This document shows positions 37,994-50,460 of a DNA stretch of 64,000 bases, in pieces. Location of the stretch: contig OZ286459.1 of NCBI GenBank assembly GCA_965644265.1, forward strand, positions 107,818,001 to 107,882,000, in the 5' to 3' direction. Positions within the stretch are counted from its first letter, which is position 1; each line of letters opens with the position of its first letter. The notes beneath the pieces were generated by a model. It was not told where the DNA came from and did not search any database. It saw only the letters and a list, made by a program, of their open reading frames with translations. Source of the stretch: Glycera tridactyla (taxonomy: Eukaryota). Both the position numbers and the translations under genes were made by a program.

Positions 37994-40289
37994 ATATTAT
38001 ACTTAGAGGGTCCCACAGCAGTTTCACTCATATTGACTGCGGATGGCAGAAGAGATGCCTGAACTAGAAAATGTCCAGGCATCATGCTTCAACCATGAAT
38101 GTTCAGACATTGTTTCCTTATCCTTAACCCCTTATGGACACATATCACCAGTTAATCCATAACTGATCAACCAACCATTCAAATCCAGCGGTTCTTATTT
38201 CTTCCATTGAACAGTACAGTACACCCAATTTTCCAGGTGAACACTTCATATTTCTATATCAGTTGACAGGCCCATTTCGCCGTATAGATACAATATTGAT
38301 ATCCAACTAGAACTGTACACGTGGTGTGGTTCCAGCCCATGGTGATATTTGACATCCAGTTTAGAAGTGTGGCTGAAATCTGGTGAACTGATACTGTGTC
38401 CTAGGGCATACAATGCTAGTACCAGTGCATCTTTGATATTTGCATAAGAGAAGTTCCGTTTTCAGGGTAATTGTCAGATGTGGACATATGCAGAAGCATT
38501 TCACTATAACTATAACGACATGTTATATGGGTCACATGTGGGAATAAGCCAAATTAAGATGAGCTAGATTCATTATGAAATGATCACACCCTATCAATTT
38601 GTGTTTATGTGTGTGAGCATGCTTGTGTGTGTGCCTGCGTGTGTCATTTTGCCTCTAAGGGGGGGGGGGGGGGGGGGGAGGGGGTCGAGATTCCCATCCA
38701 TCAAACATGGAAATACAGTTGTATTTATATCACAGGTCCATCTGATGTAGATTTGGGATGTTCCTAGTTTCCTTGCATATAGCTACTAGCTTTCCCCGTT
38801 CTCCTTTCAGTGGACATTTGATGGCATAACAGTGTAGTTCTCAGGGCATGTTTAGATAGGTTTCTGTTCTTCAGGACAGTGGTAGTCCCAGATTACTGTT
38901 CAATAGCATTCAATAACCGAGCTGCCACCCGAATTCTTTTGCTATTGCTATTGATATATAGCATTGCCTTGGCAGTACATATATTACATTGAATATGCTA
39001 GCATAGGCATGTGAACCACATATATTAACTACTGTATTTGACAATTTTGGAGCAATCGTTATCGCTTATGTTCATGTTTATCAAAATCAATAAATATTTG
39101 GAGTCTCAGTCATGGTCACCATTGATATTCATTTTAGACACCGGTACTGTCTTTCAAATTGATGTCCACTTCCATTCTCATACAGTGGGGAAAAAATTAT
39201 ACATCATGCCTGTAAATGATCGCTCTACATTTCACCCTCATTTATGAATCCCCTAGAGTCATGGTTGGTGGTAGGGTATGTATATTGATGGGACAGTGGT
39301 GTTTTTTGAGATGATAGTGTTCTAGCTACCTCAGCAGGGATGCCTTGATATTTTTATAACTCTGATTTATTGATTGATGTTAGAAGAGGCATTTATGATC
39401 TAGTGGGATGGTTTGGGGGTGACCTCATGTATGTATCTGACTGTATGCTGGTGCCTGCAATAGCTGATAGAGTGCCAGTTTTTGCCGACTTGGTCAAATG
39501 CACCAGTACATACTGTGAGACAGCTAAACGAGAATGTGTAGCAAGCAGGATATTACAGACTGAATCTATGGTTATTGAAGATATTTGCCATATCCCATGA
39601 GATGATAGTTGGAGTTCACAAGATCCAAGGCCAAATGAAACCCAATGGCTGCATCACTGAGTTAGATATGGTGATTTTTTTATGATTGAATCTGGTTCTA
39701 TATTGCATGGATTTAGCAGTAGATTTGGTATAGCTCATTTAAGATAATCTGTATTGAAAAAAAAACCAGCAGGTTAGCTGCAAATCACAGAGCTGCATTA
39801 TTCATGGAAAAAAAAATCAACTCTCCCTTCGCCTGTACCTAAAAGTGATTTTATATGGTCAGGATCACAAATATGGAACAATGTTGGTTTTGCCATCTAG
39901 TGTAGTTGTCCCTTATCATAGACTGAGTATAGGTTGTTCCCATGAGAAACTGCCACAGTCCACACAGATGCATCATGATTGACAGAGGGAGTTGCCTCCC
40001 AGTATCAACCTATGTATGTAAATGTAGTTATATGGGAGTTTGACTTGAGGGAGAGTGCTGTGATGATAGGGGAGCAATGTGGAGATTTATCCTGTGGGAT
40101 TCTCATTGGTGATATCACAGAATACATGATGCAGTGAGTAGTCTCTATGGTTCTAGTGTTCAACAAAGAAATTTTGAAACTCCTCTGTGTATTCAATCAG
40201 CCAAGTTACTCCTTCATCAGTTTCCAAATTTCAAGCTGCTCCTGTTTCCATGTTGATTGCATGGAAATTGCTTGTGATTATCAGAAATT

Positions 40290-40650
40290 ACCATCTATGC
40301 AGATATTCTTGGGTTGCCAGGGTATTTCAAGGTTTTAGTGCTCGCCATGTTTCGTCATATTGATCATAATTGTTGTGTATGGTCCTCTTTCTGCTTTCGT
40401 GAAAATACAGCCTGAAATTTGCAGATTGCAGCAATTTGCATTTCTGTTTTCAGTCTATTTTTTCATTAGGAAAAAATGTGGGATGAACACTTCAGACACC
40501 AAAGTCATGAGTATAATGCTGAATGGTGGAAGGTTTGTTTGAGAATTTCTTGTTATAAAGAGGGAGGTAGTAGAAGAGTATGCAACACACAGTCCTGTTG
40601 ATGTGAGCGCACCGCAAATTCCAAGTCTCTGTATATAAGTCATCACCCAC
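40290..40650 (-). mobile_element. Decayed Gypsy-like integrase (H2C2 region) fragment
   Basis: With stops and shifts it reads LIYRD...LLLPPSL*QEILKQ..H..HDFGV...FFLMKK...ANCCNLQ...EIPWQPKNICID. This echoes the Ty3/Gypsy pattern LYR..LVLP..LR.EIL...H...H.G...FYWP.M...C..CQ...P..PW..I.ID. Confidence 0.4.
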
Positions 40651-41068
40651 GTCTCTTTCACCGTAGCACCTCCACAACTGAATGCGCTGTTCACAATGAT
40701 ACACTACACTAGAGACACTGACCCACTACTCTATCCCACAGAAGTCACATTATAGAGATCATACCTGTATCATAGATAAATAATGTCTTCTAATGGGGTC
40801 AAATAGTGGGTCCTTGTGTTACACCGATATATTTATATATAGGTGGTGATATGTATGTGATTGTTTTCGTTAGAATACAGATGTATGTGTGAACATACAT
40901 GTGTAGGCTAGTGAAATCAACCATTCTCACAATCTACTATCCAGCTCCAGTTATTCTGTGTATAATTTTAATAAACTGGCAATGAAACCAAAGGTGGAGT
41001 GTTGTGTTTTATTTACACCATGGTGCATTATGAACAACATGCATCATTGCTGGGATCTGCATTTGCAG

Positions 41069-41071
41069 ACA

Positions 41072-41139
<68 letters not shown>
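41069..41139. repeat. (CA)n microsatellite
   Basis: Direct reading. Confidence 0.98.
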
Positions 41140-41141
<2 letters not shown>

Positions 41142-41511
41142 GAAAATATGCTGGTGGGATAAAATATGACTTATCTGAGTTCCACTGTATTCACCAATGC
41201 CTTGAAAGAATATTTCAAGATGCATCCATCTATGACTATTTTGGACATGTAACAAGAAGAAAGGATATAGTGCTGCACATGAGCTTCATGAAGGGTTCCA
41301 GGAGGAGACTTGGAGGATCTTATTCATGCCCATTGAAAGGGTGTCTCAACATAGTCACAAGGTGCTCCAACAACCATCTACCATTCTCCAACCGCGCGTG
41401 CCATTTTGATACATTGCTACAGGCTCCGAGCGAGTCCAATTCAGTTATTTTATTAGGCAGACCCGTGGCTAGAATCACGAATTTGCATGGGACTGGAAAG
41501 AAACTCACAGG

Positions 41512-42419
41512 TAAAGTCTGTCAGTTCAATCGTGGCGGGTACATGGTGGGTACGCCACTGCATCACGACTAGAAATGTGATCGCGCCGATGTTCCCATGT
41601 TTATTTCACCTTAGAACGCCAAATATGTCAATTTCACGCTGGTTTCGCGGCAAGAGCAGCGGCCGTATCTACACTGTTTCGCATACAAATACTCGCCGAT
41701 ATTCATGGGCGGCGGATTCGCCGAAAAATTGCAATGAAATGATGGCGTAATCCTCGAGACTAGGTTCGATAATCGCCGAAAGATCTATACATTTCATTCG
41801 TGCCATTGGGAGTAAAATCGAACAAGAAATGGCCAAGTTACTGTCTGAAACGTACCCGCCACATTTGGATTTGACAGACTTTACCTGAAACCAGGTTCGA
41901 TAATCGCCGGAAGACCTATACAACACATTTGTGCCATCTAAACTAAAATCGGACGAGAACTGACGAATTTATCGTGTGAAATACCCGCCATATTTGGATT
42001 TGACAGAGTTTAGAAATGTGATCACGAGGAAGTTTAAAGTCTGTCAAATCCAAATGTGGTGGGTACGTTTCAGACGCTAACTTCGCCAATTCTTGTCCGA
42101 TTTCACTCATGATGGCATGAATGGGGATGTACAGATCTTCCGGCGATTATCGAACCTAGTTTCGGGTGGTGTGTGTGTGCTTTAGACGAGGATTACGCCA
42201 TCATTTCATTGCATTTTTTCAGCGAATCCGCGAAACCAGCGTGAAATCGTCACATTTTGCGTTCTAAGGTGAAATATACACGGGAACTTCGCCAAGATTA
42301 CATTTGTAGTCGTCGGAGATGTATATAAAACCTGTTAGCCAGTTTCATTGCAATCTGATGCGAATTCGCGATGTTAGGGCGTAAAACCTACCCGCCACGA
42401 TCAAGCTTGACAGACTTTA
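41512..42419. mobile_element. Modular foldback (long inverted-repeat) element, non-coding
   Basis: Outer modules TAAAGTCTGTCA..ATCGTGGCGGGTA (41512-41541) and their reverse complement (42389-42419). Arms ~41566-41883 and ~42035-42312 are reverse complementary. The spacer holds a direct copy of the 41762-41883 unit. Confidence 0.7.
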
Positions 42420-43339
42420 GTTGTCTATTTCACCCTGCGCGTCACAAATTATATATATATGTCAATTTCGCGCTGCTTTGGGGCAGTGAGGGCGGTCGTC
42501 TGCCCATCGTATCATGTAGAGATTTGCAGGTAATGTCGGTAATTTTGCTATGAGAATGCAATCGTACCCCCTTCAAATGCATACGGACTATAGCCGAAAC
42601 GAGGTTTGGTGATCGTCGAAAGTAATGATATGATGACTGAACTGTTCGAAATGAAAATGCTTCTGTTTCTTCAAGTTCAGCAGACAGCTATTGTCCTTCG
42701 ACAACAATTATAGTTCCACCCATCCGTGTTTTTTTTATAGAGAATAAGAGTGCTTATTATTAGGAGTATTATTCGCCCATAAGACTGATCTAAAAACACC
42801 GCAGCTTTCGGTCCGGCGAGAAGTTGAGCAATCAACAAAACAAACAAACACGAAGCGATCTTGTCCTGGAGTCGCAAAAGTACTCAAAAGGACACCGACC
42901 TGCCAAAGAAAGTCCGGAGATCGACGAGACAGAACGAAGTTGTCGATGGGAGCTCGAAAGTAGGTTGCATGCTAAAAGTTGACCTGTAGCTGATTGACCT
43001 ATTCGAATGGAAAATGGATTGTTTTCTTTGTCTTGGAAGAAGATCGATCGTCTGTCAGACGGCATCTGTTTCATTCCCGCGCTCCCGTGTCGCCGCACTC
43101 CCGCCGTCTGAAGACGGGCTGCATCCGCACTGAAAAAGTAATCCGTGCAAGAATATCTCAAGTCTGTCGAATGGGTATTATTTCGCACGCTCAAGCTGGT
43201 GTTTTTCATCTTATGATAGATTTAATTGTACGACTTGATTGTTTGGAACGCCAGAGGATCATAGCACCTGATTTCAGATAACCTGACCACATTTGAAGAA
43301 GATTCGCTCCCATTACGTTGCATCTATACGGAGAAACTG

Positions 43340-43545
43340 CCGATATTATCGGTTAGGCTGTGTGCGTGAAACCCCTGATTTGGTTCAGGATCAGATTGGA
43401 CATTATATCAACCCAAGGGATTATGTATGCTGTGCATTCTTCGTCTTTGAAATCCAGATGTCCTGTTCCCTGCAGGCATCATTTCCATAAAACCTGAACA
43501 CGAAATGATGGGGAGGCTGAAAGGTTGTCAGGTGGAAGTACATAC
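43340..43545 (-). mobile_element. SINE-like copy, reverse orientation
   Basis: CCTGCAGGCATCATTTCCATAAAACCTGAA...TGAAAGGTTGTCAGGTGGAAGTA is the reverse complement of the family core. Confidence 0.6.
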
Positions 43546-43664
43546 CTGGTATTTCAGACATACCTCTAGATGTCTGACATAATCATGAATCTAGAAATGG
43601 CATATGGAGAATGCGTTCAATTAGTAACAGTCAACTTCGAACTTCTGTGATGTCCTATGGATAT

Positions 43665-43866
43665 ACTGGCTCTCAGCCAGTTACATAGCCAGCGACACCA
43701 ATTATGTTCAATAAACGTGACAACATTTCTGGTTCCCCGCCACTTGGTGTTCAGGAATTGTGAGAGTGATACCAGCATTGGACGGGGCATGCAGCATTCT
43801 TAGACCAATAACTGGCGGGGTATAATCCTCGAGATCGATGTCGCTAAACCCCAACTAACCGACCAA
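43665..43866 (+). mobile_element. SINE-like copy, diverged
   Basis: TCTGGTTCCCC...TTCAGGAATTGTGAGAGTGAT...GATGTCGCTAAACCCCAACTAACC. Confidence 0.55.
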
Positions 43867-44280
43867 CCATCCCTAGCCAATGTGTTTTCATCAGATATGC
43901 TGAAGTTATCGCCTCGGATGCATGTTTAAGACGAGTTTTTGTGATCTCCATTGGAGATCACTATGCTACCACCTCTCTGCTCGAAATGCTTTCTAACTTC
44001 GCCGATTCTGACTCTCTAGGCGTATATAATTGAACGAATTTTGAGCGGATCTGTGTAAAAGGATCGAATGATCTAATCTAACACAATTTTAGGATGATTT
44101 ATTGATCTGATTAACGACAATTTGAGGAAATGTACCGATTACGTAATGGACATTTCGCCATACATTCGTTTTTGTTGCCGATTACCGAAGCACACAGGTA
44201 CGATCGCTCAGAGATGTATAGCTACGCACAAGTAGTAAATGCCTGTCAATCAAGCTTTTTGGGCATGCCCACTTTGAAAA

Positions 44281-44490
44281 AGTAGTCCTTCTTGTTCACA
44301 CCTCATTACCAGGTTCCATGGAGAAATATCAAACACACTGATTGAACAATCATCTGAATTGATTAATCGACATCCGTTTGTATTATCTGTATGCATAAAT
44401 CTCGAAAAATCCGTGTTTTGGTCTTTATGATCGTTTGTAGGGGTGTGAAGTAGTGCTTCTTGTTCGCACCTCATTACCAGATTTCATGGA
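44281..44490. repeat. 42-bp direct repeat pair (44281-44322, 44449-44490)
   Basis: AGTAGT.CTTCTTGTTC.CACCTCATTACCAG.TT.CATGGA occurs twice. Confidence 0.85.
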
Positions 44491-44639
44491 TCAATGCGCT
44501 GTTTCATGAATGAAGTTGTAGATAACGTGTGTAAAACTAGCCGAACAGGGATCAGCATTCGCACAAATGACGGCGACTTGACGAACTTTCTGCAAACGCT
44601 TCAGTTCGTGATAGAACATGGCCATAAGACAAATCCACG

Positions 44640-44745
44640 GCATTATTAACCCTAGGATCATGTATGCCGTGTGTTCCTAGATATTCTCTCCCCTGCAGAC
44701 ACCACTCTCACGAACCCTGAACACAGGATGATGGACTTGTCACTA
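44640..44745 (-). mobile_element. SINE-like copy, reverse orientation
   Basis: TTCTCTCCCCTGCAGACACCACTCTCACGAACCCTGAA is the reverse complement of the family core. Confidence 0.7.
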
Positions 44746-45499
44746 TCCCCCAATTTTCATCGGAGATCACTCAGCGCAGCCGTGCGCTCTTGTTACCATA
44801 TACAATCAGTTTACAGCCTGGGAATGACAAGACATGAAATAACCGAATTAGCTGTCGCTCGTGTAGGTCAATGTGTTGGTCAAATGCATTTCTTGAAGCT
44901 TATAGGTTCAACTTTCATGTGGCTTGTCTACCTGGGCCTCGTGTTCTTCATAGACAAACAACATTTACAACCGATNNNNNNNNNNNNNNNNNNNNNNNNN
45001 NNNNNNNNNNNNNNNNNNNNNNNNNNNNNNNNNNNNNNNNNNNNNNNNNNNNNNNNNNNNNNNNNNNNNNNNNNNNNNNNNNNNNNNNNNNNNNNNNNNN
45101 NNNNNNNNNNNNNNNNNNNNNNNNNNNNNNNNNNNNNNNNNNNNNNNNNNNNNNNNNNNNNNNNNNNNNNNNNNNNNNNNNNNNNNNNNNNNNNNNNNNN
45201 NGTTGCAGCAGCAATAACAGCATGTCAGAGAACAGGTTCAGCATGGTTACATTATGAACTTCTCATGACCCCCAGCAACACGTAGCAAATCATCCCGCTA
45301 TCTGATGGTGACCTGGAGCAATTAGTACCACCATATTATCAACCGTCCTTCACTGACTTCTATCAGCATACTCAGTAGTCTCCAGCACTGCAGATCCAGG
45401 TGCCAATTTTTACTAGCTTACCTCTCGGCTGCTGCACCAACCCAAACAACTTACTATTATCATTCCGATTATACACATGACCACCTTTGCGACACTCAC

Positions 45500-45607
45500 G
45501 AGGTAACGTTAGTGGGTGTAGTAGTGTAGAAGTTGTGGGGGTAGTACTGGTACTAGTAGTAGTAGTAGTATTGGTGGTAGAATTAGTTGTGGTGGAAGTA
45601 GTAGGAT

Positions 45608-45649
<42 letters not shown>

Positions 45650-45716
45650 CGGTGGTGGTGGTGGTGGTTGTAGCCGCAGCAGCAGCATAGTAGTGTTAGC
45701 AGCAGTAGCAGCAGCA

Positions 45717-45761
<45 letters not shown>

Positions 45762-46150
45762 CTAATAGAAGTAGTAGTAGTGGTAGTAGCAGCAGCAGCA
45801 GCGGTAGTAGCAGCAGCAGCAGCAGTGGTAGTAGCAGCAGCTATTATAATTGCTGTTGTAGTATGATAGCAGCAGATGCGTTGTTATCGTTGCTGTTATT
45901 GATATAGCAGTTGCATTTGAAGCGGTGGTCCCCTCACTATCTTGATTAGGGGTACTGGTGAAAGTATAGACTTTTGTGATGGTAGCCGTGAGGTACTGAT
46001 GGTAAATTGGAATATGACTTGTATGAAGAATGCAACGCGCGTCAACCGCAATCACGTCACGCACTCACAACACACGAACCGACGCACGCACATGCTGCGT
46101 GCACGCGGTGAAAGACACACGAAAACAAGACATGCACTGAACAATCTGAT
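45500..46150 (-). pseudogene. Frameshifted mucin-like (Thr/Ala/Ser-rich) gene remnant, two exons separated by a 73-bp intron
   Basis: Exon 46150-46069 (ttttattcctacag| ... TT|gtgagt) and exon 45995-45500 (tttaccatcag|TAC ... CTC|gtgagt). Non-repetitive parts read YLTATITKVYTFTSTPNQDSEGTTASNATAISITATITT and NPTTSTTTNSTTNTTTTSTSTTPTTS. The central (ACT/GCT)n part is shifted +1, then returns to frame. Confidence 0.4.
45520..45850. repeat. Compound (GTA)n/(GCA)n/(GTG)n trinucleotide tract
   Basis: Direct reading; overlaps the mucin-like exon on the minus strand. Confidence 0.97.
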
Positions 46151-46528
46151 CTGTAGGAATAAAAGTACCGCACACGCGGCTCGGATACAGTTAGTTCTAT
46201 ATAAATTAAGCACTTCAATTGATTTTTTCTGATTTTACCAGATGTTTCAGGGATGCCTATGGTATAGATGAAACGGAATTCCACTTTGATGTCAGTCTAT
46301 CGGAGGGCTGACAAAAGCATTTGGGGATGGGGGAAAGAGGGTTGTATGAGGGTGATGCTCGGTGAAGTGGAACGCATGAAAAACACATCGTTTTTGTGAC
46401 GCGTGTGAAAGAAGTGCGCATACCGATGGAGGTAGACCATAGATGGTGGCGTAGATGCTACCACCTATAGGTAGACTACGAGATAGGCTGCCTCATCATG
46501 GGCAATAGGTTACTGACTCATGGGCCTA

Positions 46529-46710
46529 TGTAGGTAGTTTGTTTGTTTGCTTGTTGCGTTTAACGCCCTTTCAACCTTCTTGGGTTATATCAGACTGAAA
46601 ATTCTGAAGATAGGAGTCACTGCTGCCGGGGACAATCCATACCCTTTGCGGAAGACAGCAGGGGTTCTTTTACGCGCATACAGGAACGCAGTCGGCCTTT
46701 GATATCCCAG
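46529..46710 (-). mobile_element. Second SINE type (MetaSINE-like core) with (CAAA)n tail
   Basis: Minus strand reads GACTGGGATATCAAAGGCCG...CGTAAAAGAACCCCTGCTG...GGCGTTAAACGCAACAAGCAAACAAAC. The resemblance to the MetaSINE core is from memory. Confidence 0.55.
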
Positions 46711-49692
46711 TCGTCATGCACTGTGTTCTATGTAGGTAGCTCTGTCTCGGTACCAAGCACATCTGTGTTTGGATACTATAGGGCTACTACCAGGTTTACT
46801 AGGAAGTGTGATGGCGTTGTAATGCGGGCATTGGTTCCACATTATGATGAAATTGGCTTGAAGTTGAAGCTAACATTTAATAACTGGACATTTTGTACGG
46901 TGCTTCGCTTCAAAATTTTGCTATCAGGCTTGAGTGTAGGCTTCCTGCTATTCATATAGTCTATTTCCAATTGACAAGCTTTTGGTTTTTGTCATTTTAT
47001 TCTAGGGTTGAGACATGCCACCAATCTTCAAGTAACAAACCGGCAAACCAACCAACTTGACTGGTTGATTGGTTGGTTGGATGGTTTACGTGTTTATCAC
47101 CAGTTTCCAACCAATGGGATTAACATCATGTCGTGCGTTCCATAACCATTTAAGCTGAACGGTTTCAAAATCAGATGCTTCTGACACTTCAGACTCGTCT
47201 CTCCCTCTTTTTAATAACACTGATATGGCATATTTAACTCTGTATCTGGCTGACACTCCAACCTGGTGGCCGCACATCACATGAAATAGGCACCGAAAAC
47301 ACTCAACCGATGTGTTCAGTTAGGAGTGTCAAATTGAGGATACCCCATTCTCATCGACCCATCAGATATTACCCTGAGACCTTGAATGAATTCAGAGGGG
47401 AGTAGCAGATATGACAAAAATGTAACCTAGATAGACAGACAGAGAAACACAGATATACGAATTTATTTACATTGGTTACACATTATGTAGCCAAAGAATT
47501 GGTGAAGCTTCGAAATGCCGAACATGTGGAACGTGAGGATTTCCCATCATTTATATTAATTGAATTTCATTATTGAACTCGGCACAGATGCACTCGTGCT
47601 GGGTACGTGAATGAATATAAGGGCAGGGAGGGTGCCATGGGTTTGATCAGTAAGAATCAAACATCAAATAAACCGCGGGTGATAGTATAGCGCCTAGCAG
47701 CACGCCATTTGGGGGCATCAGATGATCGAACGCGACATCAAAACGGGATCAAGTGGTGGACATCGGCCAAGAGCTTTTCAAGTGACCAGTAGCGTCTGTT
47801 TATTCACTTGACCACACTGCCTACACTGACCACACGCCACGTTTGACCACTGAGTCTTATCATCCTGGCTGACCAGCCTAAGGGCATCCCACCGACTGTA
47901 CACTCCATACACCACCTGGGTCAAAAAGCCCCACGCTTGAAGACACTTTGAGAGTCTGTGAAGTTTCCTAAACTTTCAACTCCCGTTGAGGACCCAGAAG
48001 GTGACTCTTGAATGCTCCCACCTATGTCCATTGCATGGGCGTCACAATATAACACACATGGAGCTAACGTGACGTCAAACCAGAACTAACAAACCAGCTA
48101 ATCACATACTTGTTTGAATGGTTGGTGTTTAATCATGTGAATAGATCCAAAGGGTTATGTATACTGTGTGTTCCTGATTCATAAAAGCGGGATGCTCTGG
48201 TCCATGCAGGTATAACTCTCACAAACCCGAGCACAAGACAATAGGGATCCAGGGAGAATGCCATGTGTGGTGAATTCATTGTTGACATACTCAACTATTA
48301 TATGACTGGCTGGCAACTGACAGTCAAGCCTGATAGCATTGCAAATCCGGATATACTTGACCTAGATGTTTGACTACGAAACGCTGAGTTCAAACTCTTC
48401 TCCACGAACATGCCTCTCAGTTTGAAATCACCAAATTGCGCAGGAAGTTGACTGGCAGAATGTCTAGCCATTTACCCTCAGGCCGTCTCGACGGGGAGCT
48501 GTGGCGTTAGCTTAGCACAGCCAGACGATTCGTGGATCGATTTTGATCATGAAAATCACGTTCGCTCCCATCTTTAAACGCCTGCAGGCTTTTTAGAACT
48601 CATGAGATCCCAGTCTAGTTACATATGCTGTCTAATAGTGTTTTCGTTCGTGTCACAACGGACATCAAACATCTGAGGCTGTTCATGATACAGTTGCATG
48701 CAAGCTTCCACGATGTAGCATTGCAAAGAATGGCTTTTCCAGGTAAGCATGTAACACCTTTTACTGTCAACTCAGTTATAAACTTCCCTTGTGACCATTA
48801 TCCTTTAATTGCTGCTTGGCAAAAAAGGAAATCCACCTAGCGCCATACTTCATCATTTAGTGGGAACTCCATATAATAAATTGGAACTACTTTGTTATCT
48901 CAAAAGATATGAATATGCCACATTGATCGAGACACAGGCATGAATCGGGGCACAGGCATTATATTTACTCACCAGTGGTATCATATTTCGATAAACAATA
49001 TTCATCCTCAGCGGATTCGAACATGATTTTTTTTTCCCAATTTCAGTTTTCAGCAACGATAGACTTTCCTTGTAGATGTAATTTTTGCCTGATCATATCT
49101 GTGATCAATAAAAAGGACGCATGTTGGATATTTTACAACTGAAAGTTTCTCAATCTTAATTACAACCCTCAAAGTTTATGCTCTGGTATCACGTGAACCG
49201 CATGATCCTTGTATGTTCTGGAAATGTATATATGACTCAGCACTGTGAAGCAGCCGTGAAATCTAGAAATCGTCAGCCTTAGCGGTCTTTTTGCATACCC
49301 TTGCTGGAACCAGAAATATTGTTGGGGACAGCAGGCTGGTGAAAGGTTCATAATTGACTTGACATTTTTTCATCTGTATATCATGATATTTATTGGGCAT
49401 CAAATAGTATGGATACAAGAAGTGCCACTATTGAATATGTCAGCTCCGGTGGGATGGTGCTGGTAACTTTGTCTAGATGCAGCTTGGCATGGCTTAGAGA
49501 ATCAGTTGCTAAGAACGCAATAGAAGAATCAGCTGCTCCATTATTTACAACAATCACTGCAATCACATGATGGCAGGATAGGGCCAGCGAGGGATTGCAC
49601 AGCAGCTGTACCCTGGGACTCACCGCTAGCCCAACTCCTGCCCCACCTGTATCATACAGTGTATGACCTCGAGGACTCGTCTTATTATCTTG

Positions 49693-49890
49693 TAGGCTAC
49701 GTCAGCATTCAAACTTAATCTAGTCAATGTCATCAATGCTGCATGCAAACAGAACCACAATCCACACTATTACATTGGAGGATTGGTCTTTACCCTATAG
49801 GCTACGTCACAGTTGAGCTGTCAAACTTAAGCTAGTCAATGTCATCAATGGTGCATGCAAACAGAACCACAATATATACTATTACATTGG
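49693..49890. repeat. ~105-bp tandem duplication
   Basis: TAGGCTACGTCA...CAAACTTAA.CTAGTCAATGTCATCAATG.TGCATGCAAACAGAACCACAAT...ACTATTACATTGGA occurs twice. Confidence 0.9.
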
Positions 49891-50142
49891 ATTGACCACC
49901 TACAATGACTGAATATCCCATCAGGAGATTGATGTCATTTCGAGAGATGTAAAATATAAGTTGCTAATGAGGGTAGATAAGTTTCGTCGACCAGTGTGAT
50001 CACAAGCAACCATGTATTATGCGACATATGTCTTCACTCATCTGTCACTGGTAGTATTGCATGTTGACTTCTGGCCTTTGCATCACCCCAGCCTATTAAC
50101 ATGTGGAAAATCCAGGTCTTCACTCATTGAATAGACTGTATT

Positions 50143-50460
50143 CACAATCACATGATGACAGTAGGGAGCCAGCCACAGCCTGTGCTGGGATGGTATAGTT
50201 CTTGGTCTTCCCTGTGATGAGCTCAACTCCAGCCCCAGCTGTACCATAATCACAATTGCATGATGACAAAACGGGGCCAACGATAGCATTCACAGTTGCT
50301 GCACACTGGTATACATGCCTCCAACTGTATCATAATCACGATAGCATCATGACAAAATAGAGCCAGTACCCTGGGACACACAGCCCTGAGCCCATCCAAC
50401 TCCAGCCCCTACACTACCAAAATAACAATTGCATGATGACAAGATAGAGCCAGAAATTGC
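50143..50460. repeat. Degenerate ~90-100-bp minisatellite (about 4 units; a related unit near 49560)
   Basis: Recurring anchors CACAAT(C/T)(A/G)CATGATGACA...GAGCCAG and CCAACTCCAGCCCC. Confidence 0.65.

Noticed and set aside
46101-46112. GCACGCGGTGAA, 12 nt shared with miR-124
   Set aside because: The seed (TAAGGC) and 3' end differ, and there is no precursor hairpin.
47600-47720. TATA-like AATATAAGGG in a CpG-rich patch as a promoter
   Set aside because: No associated transcript or ORF can be identified from sequence alone.
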